From NCBI RefSeq assembly GCF_054482595.1, contig NZ_CM137008.1: a stretch of 64,000 nucleotides of DNA, one strand, 5' to 3'. Below, piece by piece: positions 24,131 through 37,958 of this stretch. Below the pieces are notes generated by a model. The model ran no database searches, was not told where the DNA came from, and saw only the letters and a list, made by a program, of their open reading frames with translations. The stretch's first letter is position 1, and each line of letters starts with the position of its first letter. Position numbers and translations under genes: made by a program.

Positions 24131-25003
24131 TCAGCGTCCCTTCTTTTTACGCCCCGGCGAGGTAAAACGCTTACCGTTGGACGCCGGGCGACCGCCTTTT
24201 TCCGCCGTTTTTTCCATCTTAACGACTGGACGTTTGATGCCCGCCGTTTTCGGTTTAGCCTTCGCTTTAGGTTTTGCCTCGGAAGAGGAATTTTCAATGA
24301 GCTTAAAGAGGTCGATTAACTCATCGTCGGTTAAATCGCGCCACTCCCCCAGTGGAATGCCGCTTAAGCTGACGTTCATAATGCGCGTACGTTCCAGCTT
24401 TTTCACTTCGTAACCAAAGTGCTCACACATGCGACGGATCTGACGGTTCAACCCCTGCACCAGGGTAATGCGGAAGACAAACGGTGCTTCTTTTTTGATT
24501 TTGCACTTTTTCGTCACCGTCCCGAGGATCGGCACTCCCGCCCCCATACCACGAATAAATTCATCGGTAATCGGTTTATCGACCGTTACCAAATACTCTT
24601 TTTCATGATCATTGCCAGCACGCAGGATCTTATTCACCAGATCGCCGTGATTGGTGAGGAAAATCAGCCCCTGGGAGTCTTTATCCAGGCGGCCAATCGG
24701 GAACACGCGTTTGCTGTGGTTAACGAAATCGACAATGTTATCGCGCTCGCCATCTTCGGTGGTGCTGACAATACCGACGGGCTTGTTCAGGGCGATAAGT
24801 ACCAAATCTTCGGCTTCCCGAGGCTCAATCAACTGACCGTTTACTTTCACAACGTCGCCGGGTTTCACCTGATCGCCAATGGTGGCTCGCTTGCCATTAA
24901 GGAACACATTGCCTTGCTCGATATAGCGATCCGCTTCGCGGCGTGAGCAAATTCCGCTTTCGCTGATGTATTTATTTAAACGGACTGATGAGTCGGGCAG
25001 CAT
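24131..25003 (-). CDS. rluF: 23S rRNA pseudouridine synthase F
   Basis: 290 aa; S4 domain at the N-terminus, RsuA/RluF catalytic motif ([14 protein letters not shown]), lysine-rich C-terminal tail. Confidence 0.9.
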   Translation of the reverse strand: MLPDSSVRLNKYISESGICSRREADRYIEQGNVFLNGKRATIGDQVKPGDVVKVNGQLIEPREAEDLVLIALNKPVGIVSTTEDGERDNIVDFVNHSKRVFPIGRLDKDSQGLIFLTNHGDLVNKILRAGNDHEKEYLVTVDKPITDEFIRGMGAGVPILGTVTKKCKIKKEAPFVFRITLVQGLNRQIRRMCEHFGYEVKKLERTRIMNVSLSGIPLGEWRDLTDDELIDLFKLIENSSSEAKPKAKAKPKTAGIKRPVVKMEKTAEKGGRPASNGKRFTSPGRKKKGR

Positions 25004-25350
25004 AAATTCTCCTGTAAAACGCGGAATATACCGTACCTCTTAGCAGGGAAAAACAGAGTTATGCGGCAACGTCGAAATTAAATGTGATCTGCCGCGCCTT
25101 TTATCACAAAAGTGTCTCCGGAAGTACAATGCAAATTTGCGTGGCAAAATAAGGATAATCAACATATTACGAATCGCTGCACACCTGTGCTGATAACTAC
25201 TACGCAGAGAAACAAATGTGCAAGAGAAAGCGCTATTTCTCCCCATGCAAAGAGTGAAAAATCGCTTTGAAAGGCCATCATGATGGGGTTATATCAGATC
25301 AAGCGGTGAGAAAGCGTATTTGCACAAATGTGCAGAACCAGGAGGCGGCA

Positions 25351-26298
25351 ATGGAAAACAGTGACGATATCCGTTTGATTGTGAAGATTGCCCAACTCTA
25401 TTACGAACAGGATATGACGCAGGCGCAAATCGCGCGCGAACTGGGTATTTACCGCACCACCATCAGCCGCTTGCTTAAACGAGGCCGCGATCAGGGAATT
25501 GTCACCATCGCCATCAACTATGACTACAACGAAAATCTCTGGCTGGAGCAGCAACTGAAGCAAAAGTTTGGCCTGAAAGACGTTGTGGTGGTGTCGGGAA
25601 ATGATGAGGATGAAGAGACTCAACTGGCGATGATGGGGTTACACGGCGCGCAACTGCTGGATCGCTTGCTGGAGCCTGGCGATATTGTCGGTTTTTCCTG
25701 GGGTCGCGCGGTGAGCGCACTGGTTGAAAACTTGCCGCAGGCGGGGCAATCGCGGCAGTTAATCTGCGTACCAATTATTGGCGGACCGTCCGGTAAACTC
25801 GAAAGCCGCTATCACGTAAACACATTAACCTACAGCGCGGCAGCGAAGCTGAAAGGGGAATCGCATCTCGCGGATTTTCCGGCTCTACTGGATAACCCAT
25901 TAATTCGTAATGGGATCATGCAGTCTCAGCACTTTAAAACCATCTCTGCCTACTGGGATAATCTGGATGTCGCCCTGGTGGGAATTGGCTCACCGGCCAT
26001 TCGCGACGGCGCTAACTGGCATGCGTTTTATGGTGGTGAAGAGAGTGACGACCTGAATGCCCGCCAGGTTGCTGGCGATATTTGCTCGCGCTTTTTTGAT
26101 ATTCACGGCGCAATGGTTGAAACGAATATGAGCGAAAAAACACTCTCTATCGAAATGAATAAATTAAAGCAGGCGCGGTATTCCATTGGCATTGCCATGA
26201 GTGCAGAAAAATACAGCGGAATTGTTGGTGCACTGCGTGGAAAATATATTAATTGTCTGGTAACGAATAGCAGCACAGCTGAACTATTACTGAAATAA
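25351..26298 (+). CDS. sorC: Sorbose operon transcriptional regulator (SorC family)
   Basis: ATG at 25351 preceded by AGGAGG; 315 aa; N-terminal HTH (MTQAQIARELGIYRTTISRLLKRGRDQG) plus a SorC sugar-binding domain; first gene of a sorbose-type PTS operon. Confidence 0.85.
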   Translation: MENSDDIRLIVKIAQLYYEQDMTQAQIARELGIYRTTISRLLKRGRDQGIVTIAINYDYNENLWLEQQLKQKFGLKDVVVVSGNDEDEETQLAMMGLHGAQLLDRLLEPGDIVGFSWGRAVSALVENLPQAGQSRQLICVPIIGGPSGKLESRYHVNTLTYSAAAKLKGESHLADFPALLDNPLIRNGIMQSQHFKTISAYWDNLDVALVGIGSPAIRDGANWHAFYGGEESDDLNARQVAGDICSRFFDIHGAMVETNMSEKTLSIEMNKLKQARYSIGIAMSAEKYSGIVGALRGKYINCLVTNSSTAELLLK

Positions 26299-26367
26299 AA
26301 ATCTTCCCGATGTTTACCGTAATAAAAATTACGGCGGGTCCCTATTATCTAAAATCAGGAGTCTGTT

Positions 26368-27174
26368 ATGCAAACGTGGTTAAATTTGCAGGATAAAATC
26401 ATTATCGTCACCGGCGGCGCATCCGGTATTGGTCTGGCGATTGTAGAGGAATTATTAGCACAAGGCGCAAACGTACAGATGGTAGATATTCACGGTGGCG
26501 ATGGTCAATATGAAGGTCATAAAGGCTATCAGTTTTGGCCGACCGATATTTCCAGCGCCAAAGAGGTAAATCATACGGTAGCGGAAATTATCCAGCGTTT
26601 TGGTCGCATCGACGGTCTGGTCAATAACGCCGGGGTCAATTTCCCGCGTCTGCTGGTCGATGAGAAAGCGCCTGCCGGGAAGTATGAACTCAACGAAGCT
26701 GCATTCGAAAAAATGGTCAATATCAACCAGAAAGGCGTTTTTCTGATGTCGCAGGCGGTGGCGCGACAGATGGTCAAACAACATGATGGCGTGATTGTGA
26801 ATGTTTCCTCAGAAAGTGGACTGGAAGGCTCAGAAGGACAAAGCTGTTACGCCGCTACCAAAGCCGCGCTCAATAGCTTCACGCGCTCCTGGTCGAAAGA
26901 GCTGGGTAAACACGGTATCCGTGTGGTCGGTATCGCGCCGGGGATTCTGGAAAAAACAGGACTGCGCACGCCGGAATATGAAGAAGCGCTGGCGTGGACG
27001 CGCAATATCACCGTCGAGCAGCTGCGTGAAGGCTATACCAAAAACGCCATTCCTATTGGGCGCGCCGGAAGATTAGCAGAAGTCGCTGATTTTGTTTGTT
27101 ATCTGCTGTCTGAACGCGCCAGCTACATCACCGGAGTAACCACTAACATTGCGGGCGGCAAAACGCGCGGATAA
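26368..27174 (+). CDS. sorD: Short-chain dehydrogenase (D-glucitol/sorbitol-6-phosphate dehydrogenase, SorD-like)
   Basis: 268 aa SDR with TGGASGIG cofactor motif and YxxxK active site; operon position. Confidence 0.8.
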   Translation: MQTWLNLQDKIIIVTGGASGIGLAIVEELLAQGANVQMVDIHGGDGQYEGHKGYQFWPTDISSAKEVNHTVAEIIQRFGRIDGLVNNAGVNFPRLLVDEKAPAGKYELNEAAFEKMVNINQKGVFLMSQAVARQMVKQHDGVIVNVSSESGLEGSEGQSCYAATKAALNSFTRSWSKELGKHGIRVVGIAPGILEKTGLRTPEYEEALAWTRNITVEQLREGYTKNAIPIGRAGRLAEVADFVCYLLSERASYITGVTTNIAGGKTRG

Positions 27175-27183
27175 GGAGGCTTT

Positions 27184-27591
27184 ATGGTCAACGCCATTTT
27201 TTGTGCCCACGGCAAATTAGCTTGCGCCATGCTGGAATCGGTTCAGATGGTTTACGGCAACACCAATGTTGAAGCCGTTGAATTTGTGCCCGGTGAAAAC
27301 GCCGGAGACATCGTAGCAAAGCTGAAAAAGTTAGTAAGCATTCACAATCAAGATGAGTGGCTGATTGCCGTGGATTTACAGTGCGGCAGCCCGTGGAATG
27401 CGGCAGCGATGCTTGCGATGCGCAATCCTCGTCTGCGGGTAATCAGCGGACTTTCTCTGCCGCTGGCGCTCGAACTGGTTGATAACCAGGACAGCATGAA
27501 TGTTGATGAACTGTGTGAACACCTGACGCAAATCGCAAAGCAAACCTGCGTTGTCTGGAAACAACTGGCAACGACAGAGGAGGATTTCTGA
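27184..27591 (+). CDS. sorF: PTS mannose/sorbose-family EIIA component
   Basis: 135 aa EIIA-Man fold (MVNAIFCAHGKLA...); 1-nt overlap with the next gene. Confidence 0.8.
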   Translation: MVNAIFCAHGKLACAMLESVQMVYGNTNVEAVEFVPGENAGDIVAKLKKLVSIHNQDEWLIAVDLQCGSPWNAAAMLAMRNPRLRVISGLSLPLALELVDNQDSMNVDELCEHLTQIAKQTCVVWKQLATTEEDF

Positions 27592-28085
27592 TGAACATTA
27601 CGCTCGCCCGCATTGATGACCGCCTGATCCATGGTCAGGTCACTACCGTCTGGTCGAAAGTGGCTAACGCCCAGCGCATTATTATCTGCAATGACGAAGT
27701 TTATAACGATGAAGTTCGCCGGACATTATTGCGTCAGGCTGCGCCACCGGGAATGAAGGTTAACGTGGTCAATATTGAAAAAGCCATCGCGGTTTATCAC
27801 AACCCGCAATATCAGGACGAAACCGTTTTTTATCTTTTCACTCGCCCACAGGATGCCTTAGCGATGGTTCGCCAGGGGGTAAAAATAGGCACCCTGAATA
27901 TTGGCGGCATGGCCTGGCGGCCCGGTAAAAAACAGTTAACCAAAGCGGTTTCATTAGATGATGATGATATTAACGCATTTCATGAGTTAAATAATCTTGG
28001 CGTCATATTGGATTTACGCGTCGTAGCGTCAGATCCCTCAATCAATATTATCGACAAAATAAACGAACAGTTAATCGCAAATTAA
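27591..28085 (+). CDS. sorB: PTS mannose/sorbose-family EIIB component
   Basis: 164 aa; N-terminal RIDDRLIHGQV motif with the phosphorylated His typical of EIIB-Man/Sor. Confidence 0.85.
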   Translation: MNITLARIDDRLIHGQVTTVWSKVANAQRIIICNDEVYNDEVRRTLLRQAAPPGMKVNVVNIEKAIAVYHNPQYQDETVFYLFTRPQDALAMVRQGVKIGTLNIGGMAWRPGKKQLTKAVSLDDDDINAFHELNNLGVILDLRVVASDPSINIIDKINEQLIAN

Positions 28086-28150
28086 ATAATAGCGCCTGTG
28101 TACATATGCTTTAACAGGCAGGGATGACGACACTTAAAAGGTGACAAATC

Positions 28151-28948
28151 ATGGAAATAAGTACCCTACAAATTATTGCTATATTTCTTTTTTTCTGTAT
28201 TGCCGGAATGGGCAGCGTGCTGGATGAATTTCAGACTCATCGCCCGTTAATTGCCTGTACGGTGATTGGTTTAATTCTCGGTGATTTAAAAACCGGAATA
28301 ATACTCGGTGGTACGCTGGAATTGATAGCTCTCGGCTGGATGAACGTCGGCGCGGCGCAATCTCCGGACTCTGCACTCGCCAGCATAATCTCCGCCATTC
28401 TGGTTATCGTTGGTCAGCAAAGCATCGCCACCGGAATCGCCATCGCGTTGCCTGTGGCTGCGGCAGGCCAGGTGCTGACGGTGTTTGCCCGTACCATCAC
28501 CGTAGTGTTCCAGCACGCGGCGGATAAAGCAGCGGAAGAGGCGCAGTTTCGCACTCTCGATATTCTGCATGTCTCCGCGCTTGGCGTGCAGGCGCTGCGC
28601 GTTGCTATTCCGGCACTGATTGTCTCGCTGTTCGTCAGCGCCGATATGGTGAGCAATATGTTAAACGCCATTCCCGAATTTGTGACCCGAGGACTACAGA
28701 TTGCTGGCGGTTTTATCGTGGTGGTCGGTTACGCCATGGTGCTACGTATGATGGGCGTGAAATATTTGATGCCTTTCTTTTTCCTCGGTTTCCTCGCAGG
28801 TGGCTACCTCGATCTCAGTCTGCTGGCGTTCGGTGGCGTCGGCGTGATCATGGCCCTGGTCTACATCCAGCTAAATCCACAGTGGCGTAAAGCTGAACCT
28901 CAACTCCAGGCCACCGCCTCCACCGCCCTTGACCAACTTGACGATTAA
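28151..28948 (+). CDS. sorA: PTS mannose/sorbose-family EIIC component
   Basis: 265-aa polytopic membrane protein of the EIIC-Man family. Confidence 0.85.
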   Translation: MEISTLQIIAIFLFFCIAGMGSVLDEFQTHRPLIACTVIGLILGDLKTGIILGGTLELIALGWMNVGAAQSPDSALASIISAILVIVGQQSIATGIAIALPVAAAGQVLTVFARTITVVFQHAADKAAEEAQFRTLDILHVSALGVQALRVAIPALIVSLFVSADMVSNMLNAIPEFVTRGLQIAGGFIVVVGYAMVLRMMGVKYLMPFFFLGFLAGGYLDLSLLAFGGVGVIMALVYIQLNPQWRKAEPQLQATASTALDQLDD

Positions 28949-28958
28949 CGGAGCCATC

Positions 28959-29783
28959 ATGGAACAGAGAAAAATTACACGCAGCGATCTGGTGAGCATG
29001 TTTCTGCGCTCCAACCTGCAACAGGCGTCCTTTAACTTTGAACGTATTCACGGGCTGGGTTTTTGCTACGACATGATCCCCGCCATCAAGCGACTTTACC
29101 CATTAAAAGAGGATCAGGTTGCGGCGCTCAGGCGACACCTGGTGTTCTTCAATACCACGCCAGCCGTATGTGGCCCGGTCATCGGCGTCACTGCCGCCAT
29201 GGAAGAGGCGCGGGCCAACGGCGCGGAAATTGATGACGGTACCATTAACGGCATCAAAGTCGGTCTGATGGGACCATTGGCAGGAGTTGGCGATCCACTG
29301 GTCTGGGGAACGCTGCGCCCGATTACCGCCGCGCTCGGCGCATCTCTGGCACTTTCGGGCAACATTCTCGGCCCGCTGCTGTTCTTCTTTATTTTCAATG
29401 CGGTGCGTCTGGCGATGAAGTGGTATGGCCTACAGCTCGGCTTTCGCAAAGGGGTGAATATCGTCAGCGATATGGGCGGGAATGTGCTGCAAAAACTCAC
29501 CGAAGGCGCGTCGATTCTCGGACTGTTTGTGATGGGCGTGCTGGTCACCAAATGGACGTCAATCAACGTACCGTTGGTGGTTTCACAAACGCATGCCGCC
29601 GATGGCTCCACCGTCACCATGACCGTGCAGAACATTCTCGACCAACTTTGCCCTGGTTTGCTGGCGCTCGGTCTGACGCTACTAATGGTTCGTCTGCTCA
29701 ACAAAAAAATTAACCCGGTATGGCTGATTTTCGCCCTGTTTGGCTTAGGGATTATCGGCAATGCGCTGGGCTTCCTGTCCTGA
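28959..29783 (+). CDS. sorM: PTS mannose/sorbose-family EIID component
   Basis: Track ORF begins at TTG 28929; ATG at 28959 with GGAG ribosome-binding site gives a 274-aa EIID (MEQRKITRSDLVSMFLRS...), 10 nt after the sorA stop. Confidence 0.8.
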   Translation: MEQRKITRSDLVSMFLRSNLQQASFNFERIHGLGFCYDMIPAIKRLYPLKEDQVAALRRHLVFFNTTPAVCGPVIGVTAAMEEARANGAEIDDGTINGIKVGLMGPLAGVGDPLVWGTLRPITAALGASLALSGNILGPLLFFFIFNAVRLAMKWYGLQLGFRKGVNIVSDMGGNVLQKLTEGASILGLFVMGVLVTKWTSINVPLVVSQTHAADGSTVTMTVQNILDQLCPGLLALGLTLLMVRLLNKKINPVWLIFALFGLGIIGNALGFLS

Positions 29784-29834
29784 TTCTTCGCCCCGGCACG
29801 ACTGCCGGGGCCATCGCTCAACATAAGGTGGTTT

Positions 29835-31064
29835 ATGAAAACAACAGCTCTGCGTCTTTATGGTAAACGTGATTTACGCCTGGAAACCTTTGATCTTCCT
29901 GAAATGCAGGAGGATGAAATCCTCGCGACGGTGGTCACTGACAGCCTGTGCCTCTCTTCCTGGAAAGAGGCCAACCTGGGTGAAAACCATAAAAAAGTAC
30001 CCGACGATGTGGCGACCAACCCAATCATCATCGGCCACGAGTTTTGCGGCGATATTCTGGCCGTGGGTAAAAAGTGGCAGCACAAATTCCAGCCGGGTCA
30101 ACGTTATGTAATACAGGCCAACCTGCAACTCCCCGACCGCCCGGACTGCCCCGGCTACTCCTTCCCGTGGGTGGGTGGTGAAGCCACACATGTGGTTATC
30201 CCAAATGAGGTTATGGAACAAGATTGCCTGCTGGCATACGAAGGCGAAACCTACTTTGAAGGCTCGCTGGTTGAACCGCTTTCCTGCGTGATTGGCGCGT
30301 TCAACGCCAACTATCATCTTCAGGAAGGTAGTTATAACCACACGATGGGGATTCGCCCGCAAGGGCGCACGCTGATCCTCGGCGGCACCGGACCAATGGG
30401 ACTGTTGGCGATTGATTATGCGCTACATGGACCCGTTAACCCGTCGCTGCTCGTCATTACCGATACCGACAACGATAAATTGAGTTATGCGCGCAAGCAC
30501 TATCCATCAGAACCGCAAACACTGATTCATTATCTCAATGCCACCGATGCAGCATTTGATACGCTAATGGCGCTGAGTGGCGGTCACGGCTTCGATGATA
30601 TTTTCGTCTTTGTGCCTAATGAAGGACTGGTGACTCTCGCCTCTTCCTTGCTGGCGACAGATGGTTGCCTGAATTTCTTCGCCAGACCGCAGGATAAACA
30701 TTTCAGCGCGCCAATTAATTTCTACGATGTGCATTATGCATTTACCCACTACGTGGGCACGTCAGGCGGCAATACCGACGACATGCGCGCAGCGGTCAAA
30801 TTGATTGAAGAGAAAAAAGTGCAGGCCGCAAAAGTGGTAACACATATTCTTGGGCTGAATGCCGCGGGCGAAACCACGCTTGAATTACCTGCCGTCGGCG
30901 GCGGCAAAAAGCTGGTGTATACCGGGAAATACCTGCCGCTGACGTCACTCACGCAGATTCAGGATCAAGCACTGGCGGCGATTCTGACGCGTCATCAGGG
31001 GATCTGGTCCGGTGAGGCGGAGCAATATCTGCTCACTCATGCAGAGGCAATTTCCCATGATTAA
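29835..31064 (+). CDS. sorE: Zinc-type alcohol dehydrogenase-like sorbose-1-phosphate reductase
   Basis: 409-aa MDR-family dehydrogenase (GHEFCG zinc motif, GGTGPMG Rossmann motif); last gene of the operon. Confidence 0.8.
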   Translation: MKTTALRLYGKRDLRLETFDLPEMQEDEILATVVTDSLCLSSWKEANLGENHKKVPDDVATNPIIIGHEFCGDILAVGKKWQHKFQPGQRYVIQANLQLPDRPDCPGYSFPWVGGEATHVVIPNEVMEQDCLLAYEGETYFEGSLVEPLSCVIGAFNANYHLQEGSYNHTMGIRPQGRTLILGGTGPMGLLAIDYALHGPVNPSLLVITDTDNDKLSYARKHYPSEPQTLIHYLNATDAAFDTLMALSGGHGFDDIFVFVPNEGLVTLASSLLATDGCLNFFARPQDKHFSAPINFYDVHYAFTHYVGTSGGNTDDMRAAVKLIEEKKVQAAKVVTHILGLNAAGETTLELPAVGGGKKLVYTGKYLPLTSLTQIQDQALAAILTRHQGIWSGEAEQYLLTHAEAISHD

Positions 31065-31209
31065 TCGCGTTACTCAACTCTGCATGTCGCTGGCTGGTCG
31101 CACCAGCAACTTCGCGACCGGATGTGCTGCTGATTGCTGAAGCAGCACAATTTGCACGAGAAGCATAAAAAATATCAGCGCCTTAAGGGGCGCTCAAATT
31201 GGTGGCAAA

Positions 31210-31320
31210 GTGCACATTGTTTATGCCGGATGCGGAATGAAGCCTTATTCGGTCTACATAATTTTGAAAATTCAATATATTGCAGTTATCTGGTAGGCCA
31301 GGTAAGCGTAGCGCATCAGG
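31210..31320. repeat. REP-like palindromic units between sorE and pepE
   Basis: TGCCGGATGCGGAATGAAGCCTTATTCGG... and AGGCCAGGTAAGCGTAGCGCATCAGGC resemble degenerate REPs. Confidence 0.5.
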
Positions 31321-31444
31321 CAATGCTGTGTTTGTCATCAGTCTCAGCGCCTGTGCAATACGTGACATCGTGAGCCATGTCAGTAAGTGGTTAAATTCGC
31401 AGTGGTAGCATTCCTTCCGTGATTTCTTACTAACCGGAGAAGTA

Positions 31445-32134
31445 ATGGAACTGCTTTTATTGAGTAACTCGACGCTGCCGGGTAAAGCCTGGCTGGAACA
31501 TGCACTGCCGCTAATTGCTGAACAGTTGCAGGGTCGCCGCTCAGCGGTGTTTATCCCTTTCGCTGGCGTAACGCAGACCTGGGATGATTACACAGCGAAA
31601 ACGGCTGCGGTTCTCGCTCCGCTGGGTGTTTCTGTCACCGGTATTCATAGCGTTGTCGATCCCGTTGCCGCGATTGAAAATGCTGAGATCGTGATTGTCG
31701 GGGGCGGGAATACTTTCCAGTTGCTGAAACAGTGCCGCGAGCGCGGGCTGCTGGCACCAATTACTGACGTGGTTAAACGTGGTGCGCTGTATATTGGCTG
31801 GAGCGCAGGCGCTAACCTTGCTTGCCCAACCATTCGTACCACCAACGATATGCCGATTGTCGATCCGCAAGGTTTCGATGCGCTAAATCTGTTCCCGCTG
31901 CAAATCAACCCGCACTTCACCAACGCGCTGCCGGAAGGCCATAAAGGTGAAACCCGTGAGCAGCGTATTCGCGAACTGCTGGTCGTCGCGCCAGAACTGA
32001 CGATTATTGGTCTACCGGAAGGTAACTGGATCACAGTGAGTAAAGGTCACGCTACGCTGGGTGGCCCGAACACCACTTATGTGTTTAAGGCTGGTGAAGA
32101 AGCGGTGCCGCTAGAAGCTGGTCACCGTTTTTAA
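31445..32134 (+). CDS. pepE: Alpha-aspartyl dipeptidase (peptidase E)
   Basis: 229 aa; [28 protein letters not shown]; S51 peptidase with GWSAGAN serine motif. Confidence 0.92.
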
Positions 32135-32140
32135 GTGAAT

Positions 32141-32212
32141 TGCCGGATGCATGATCCGGCATCTTGTTCATAGTGCCTGATGCGACGCTTGACGCGTCTT
32201 ATCAGGCCTACA
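32141..32212. repeat. REP element
   Basis: GCCGGATGCATGATCCGGC hairpin followed by GCCTGATGCGACGCTTGACGCGTCTTATCAGGCCTAC. Confidence 0.7.
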
Positions 32213-32224
32213 GGATTCACAATA

Positions 32225-33856
32225 TTAATACTCGTCCCGTCCTTCATCTTCATCCGGCTGTTCCAGCACACTGTAAGCCACCGAACAAAACAGCGAGTTC
32301 AGGCGCTGCATATCTCCCAGTAAGCCTAAATGTAGCGAACTGGTTTCAATGCTCTGCACGTTTTGCTGATGCAGGCGATCGACGTGGGCGTGGGAATAGC
32401 GGCGATTAAGAATGCGAAAACGATGTTTGCTGCGACGCAAACGACGAGCGCTGGTGACATCGCCAGAGAAGAACACCGACATTGCCAGTTTTAAATTACT
32501 GAGCAATTGCTCATAGAGCGCATCCAGTTCCTTCAAGCCATCAAGCGAAAATGCCCGCCGTGCTGCCAGCGATTTATCGGCAATTTCGCTGCCCATGCGC
32601 TCGACGATATCGGAGGCCTGTTCAAGGTTGAGCGACATTTCGATGATCTCCGCCCAGCGGCGCGACTCTTCCTCCGCCAACTCTTCTTTTGGCATCCGCG
32701 CCAGATACAGCTTAATGGCGGTGTAGAGAACGTTGATATCATCTGCCAGCTTACGCAGCTCTTTCTCCTGCCGTGGCTCGCCGTGCATCACTTTATTTAG
32801 CCCTTCCATCATCTGTTCCATGGCGTCGCCAATGCGCAGGGTTTCGCGCGCGGCGTTCGCCAGAGCAAGCGTGGGCGTATCCAGCGCGCTGACATCCAGA
32901 TGTTTGGGCCGTAGCTGGGTATCCAGTTCCGGTTCATCGCGAATAATCGTTTTGCAAAACCGTGCCATCGGGTCAACAAATGGCAGCATGACCAGGCAAC
33001 GTACAAGGTTGTAGAAGACGTGGAAATAGATCACCAGTTCCGCTTTTGGCAATGACAACTTCCCCATTGTCTCTGCCAGCAAATGGACAAACGGCAGGAT
33101 AATCAGGCTACCCACCAGCTTAAACAGCAGACTACCCAGCGCGACACGGCGGGCTGCGGCATTGGCGGCACTGTTGTTGAGCATCGCCAGCAGACCGGAA
33201 CCGAGGTTAGCACCAATCACCAGACAGAGCGCCACGGGGAAGGAGATAATGCCTGCGGCGGTCAGAGTCGCGGTCAGCAGTACAGCAGCAAGGCTGGAGT
33301 AGCTGATAATGGCGAACATCGCGCCAATCAGCGCATCCAGCAGAATATCGCCGGTCAGCGAGGCAAAGATCACCTGAACGCCGTTTGCCTGGGTGATCGG
33401 CGTTACGGCCTGCACAATCAACTCCAGCGCCAGCAAAATCAGCCCAAGACCAATACCGACGCGGCCCAGTTGCCCGGCGCGTGACTGTTTGCGTCCGAGG
33501 AAAAAAATCACGCCGATAAAAAGAAGTAACGGTGACAGCCAGGATAAGTCGAAGGTGAGAATACGCGCCATTAGCGCCGTCCCGACATCTGCACCCAGCA
33601 CAATGACCAGAGCCGGTGCGAGGGCTACCAGATCCTGAGCGACAAACGAGGTCACCAGCATGGTGGTGGCATTACTGCTCTGTACCAGTGCGGTAACGCC
33701 GATCCCCGCGCAAAAGGCGAGCGGCTTTTTTTCGACGCTCCGGCTAAGGACAGTACGCAAACGCGCGCCGAAGACGCGCATTACGCCGGTTCGAACAATA
33801 TGAGTCCCCCAGACCAGCAGGGCGACGGCAGAAAGCAGGTGAAGCAGCGTTAACAC
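32225..33856 (-). CDS. yjbB: Na/Pi-cotransporter-family membrane protein
   Basis: 543 aa; N-terminal Na/Pi cotransporter repeats and C-terminal PhoU-like domain; syntenic next to metH. Confidence 0.88.
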   Translation of the reverse strand: MLTLLHLLSAVALLVWGTHIVRTGVMRVFGARLRTVLSRSVEKKPLAFCAGIGVTALVQSSNATTMLVTSFVAQDLVALAPALVIVLGADVGTALMARILTFDLSWLSPLLLFIGVIFFLGRKQSRAGQLGRVGIGLGLILLALELIVQAVTPITQANGVQVIFASLTGDILLDALIGAMFAIISYSSLAAVLLTATLTAAGIISFPVALCLVIGANLGSGLLAMLNNSAANAAARRVALGSLLFKLVGSLIILPFVHLLAETMGKLSLPKAELVIYFHVFYNLVRCLVMLPFVDPMARFCKTIIRDEPELDTQLRPKHLDVSALDTPTLALANAARETLRIGDAMEQMMEGLNKVMHGEPRQEKELRKLADDINVLYTAIKLYLARMPKEELAEEESRRWAEIIEMSLNLEQASDIVERMGSEIADKSLAARRAFSLDGLKELDALYEQLLSNLKLAMSVFFSGDVTSARRLRRSKHRFRILNRRYSHAHVDRLHQQNVQSIETSSLHLGLLGDMQRLNSLFCSVAYSVLEQPDEDEGRDEY

Positions 33857-34075
33857 GAGTTCAGGTTCTCCTTATCGTTATATGTTCCTGAAGCAATTGA
33901 ATGACCAAAGGACCGGAAACACGCTGACTGGCATCTTTACTGTGCCTTTTGACATTCGTTTTTCCGGCTAAGATTATTCCAGCCTGTTTCCAGTATAAGT
34001 GTTTCATATTAATAAAGAGACAGGGCACTCATTGAGCGCCCTGTTTGTTGTAAGGAAAAGTGACAGATTTGTGAA

Positions 34076-37759
<3,684 letters not shown>

Positions 37760-37958
37760 ACTTGCTCCCGACACGCTCAACCCAGATTTAATAAAAATTC
37801 AACAAACCATACTGGCATAAACGCATCTGTGGTAAAAGCGACCACCACGCAACATGAGATTTGTTCAACATTAACTCATCGGATCAGTGCAGCAACTATT
37901 GCATTAGCTAACAATAAAAATGAAAATGATTTCCACGATACAGAAAAAGGAGGCTGTC

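Noticed and set aside
25083-25108. TGTGATCTGCCGCGCCTTTTATCACA as a CRP site upstream of the sor operon
   Set aside because: The TGTGA and TCACA half-sites are separated by 16 bp, not the 6 bp needed for CRP binding.
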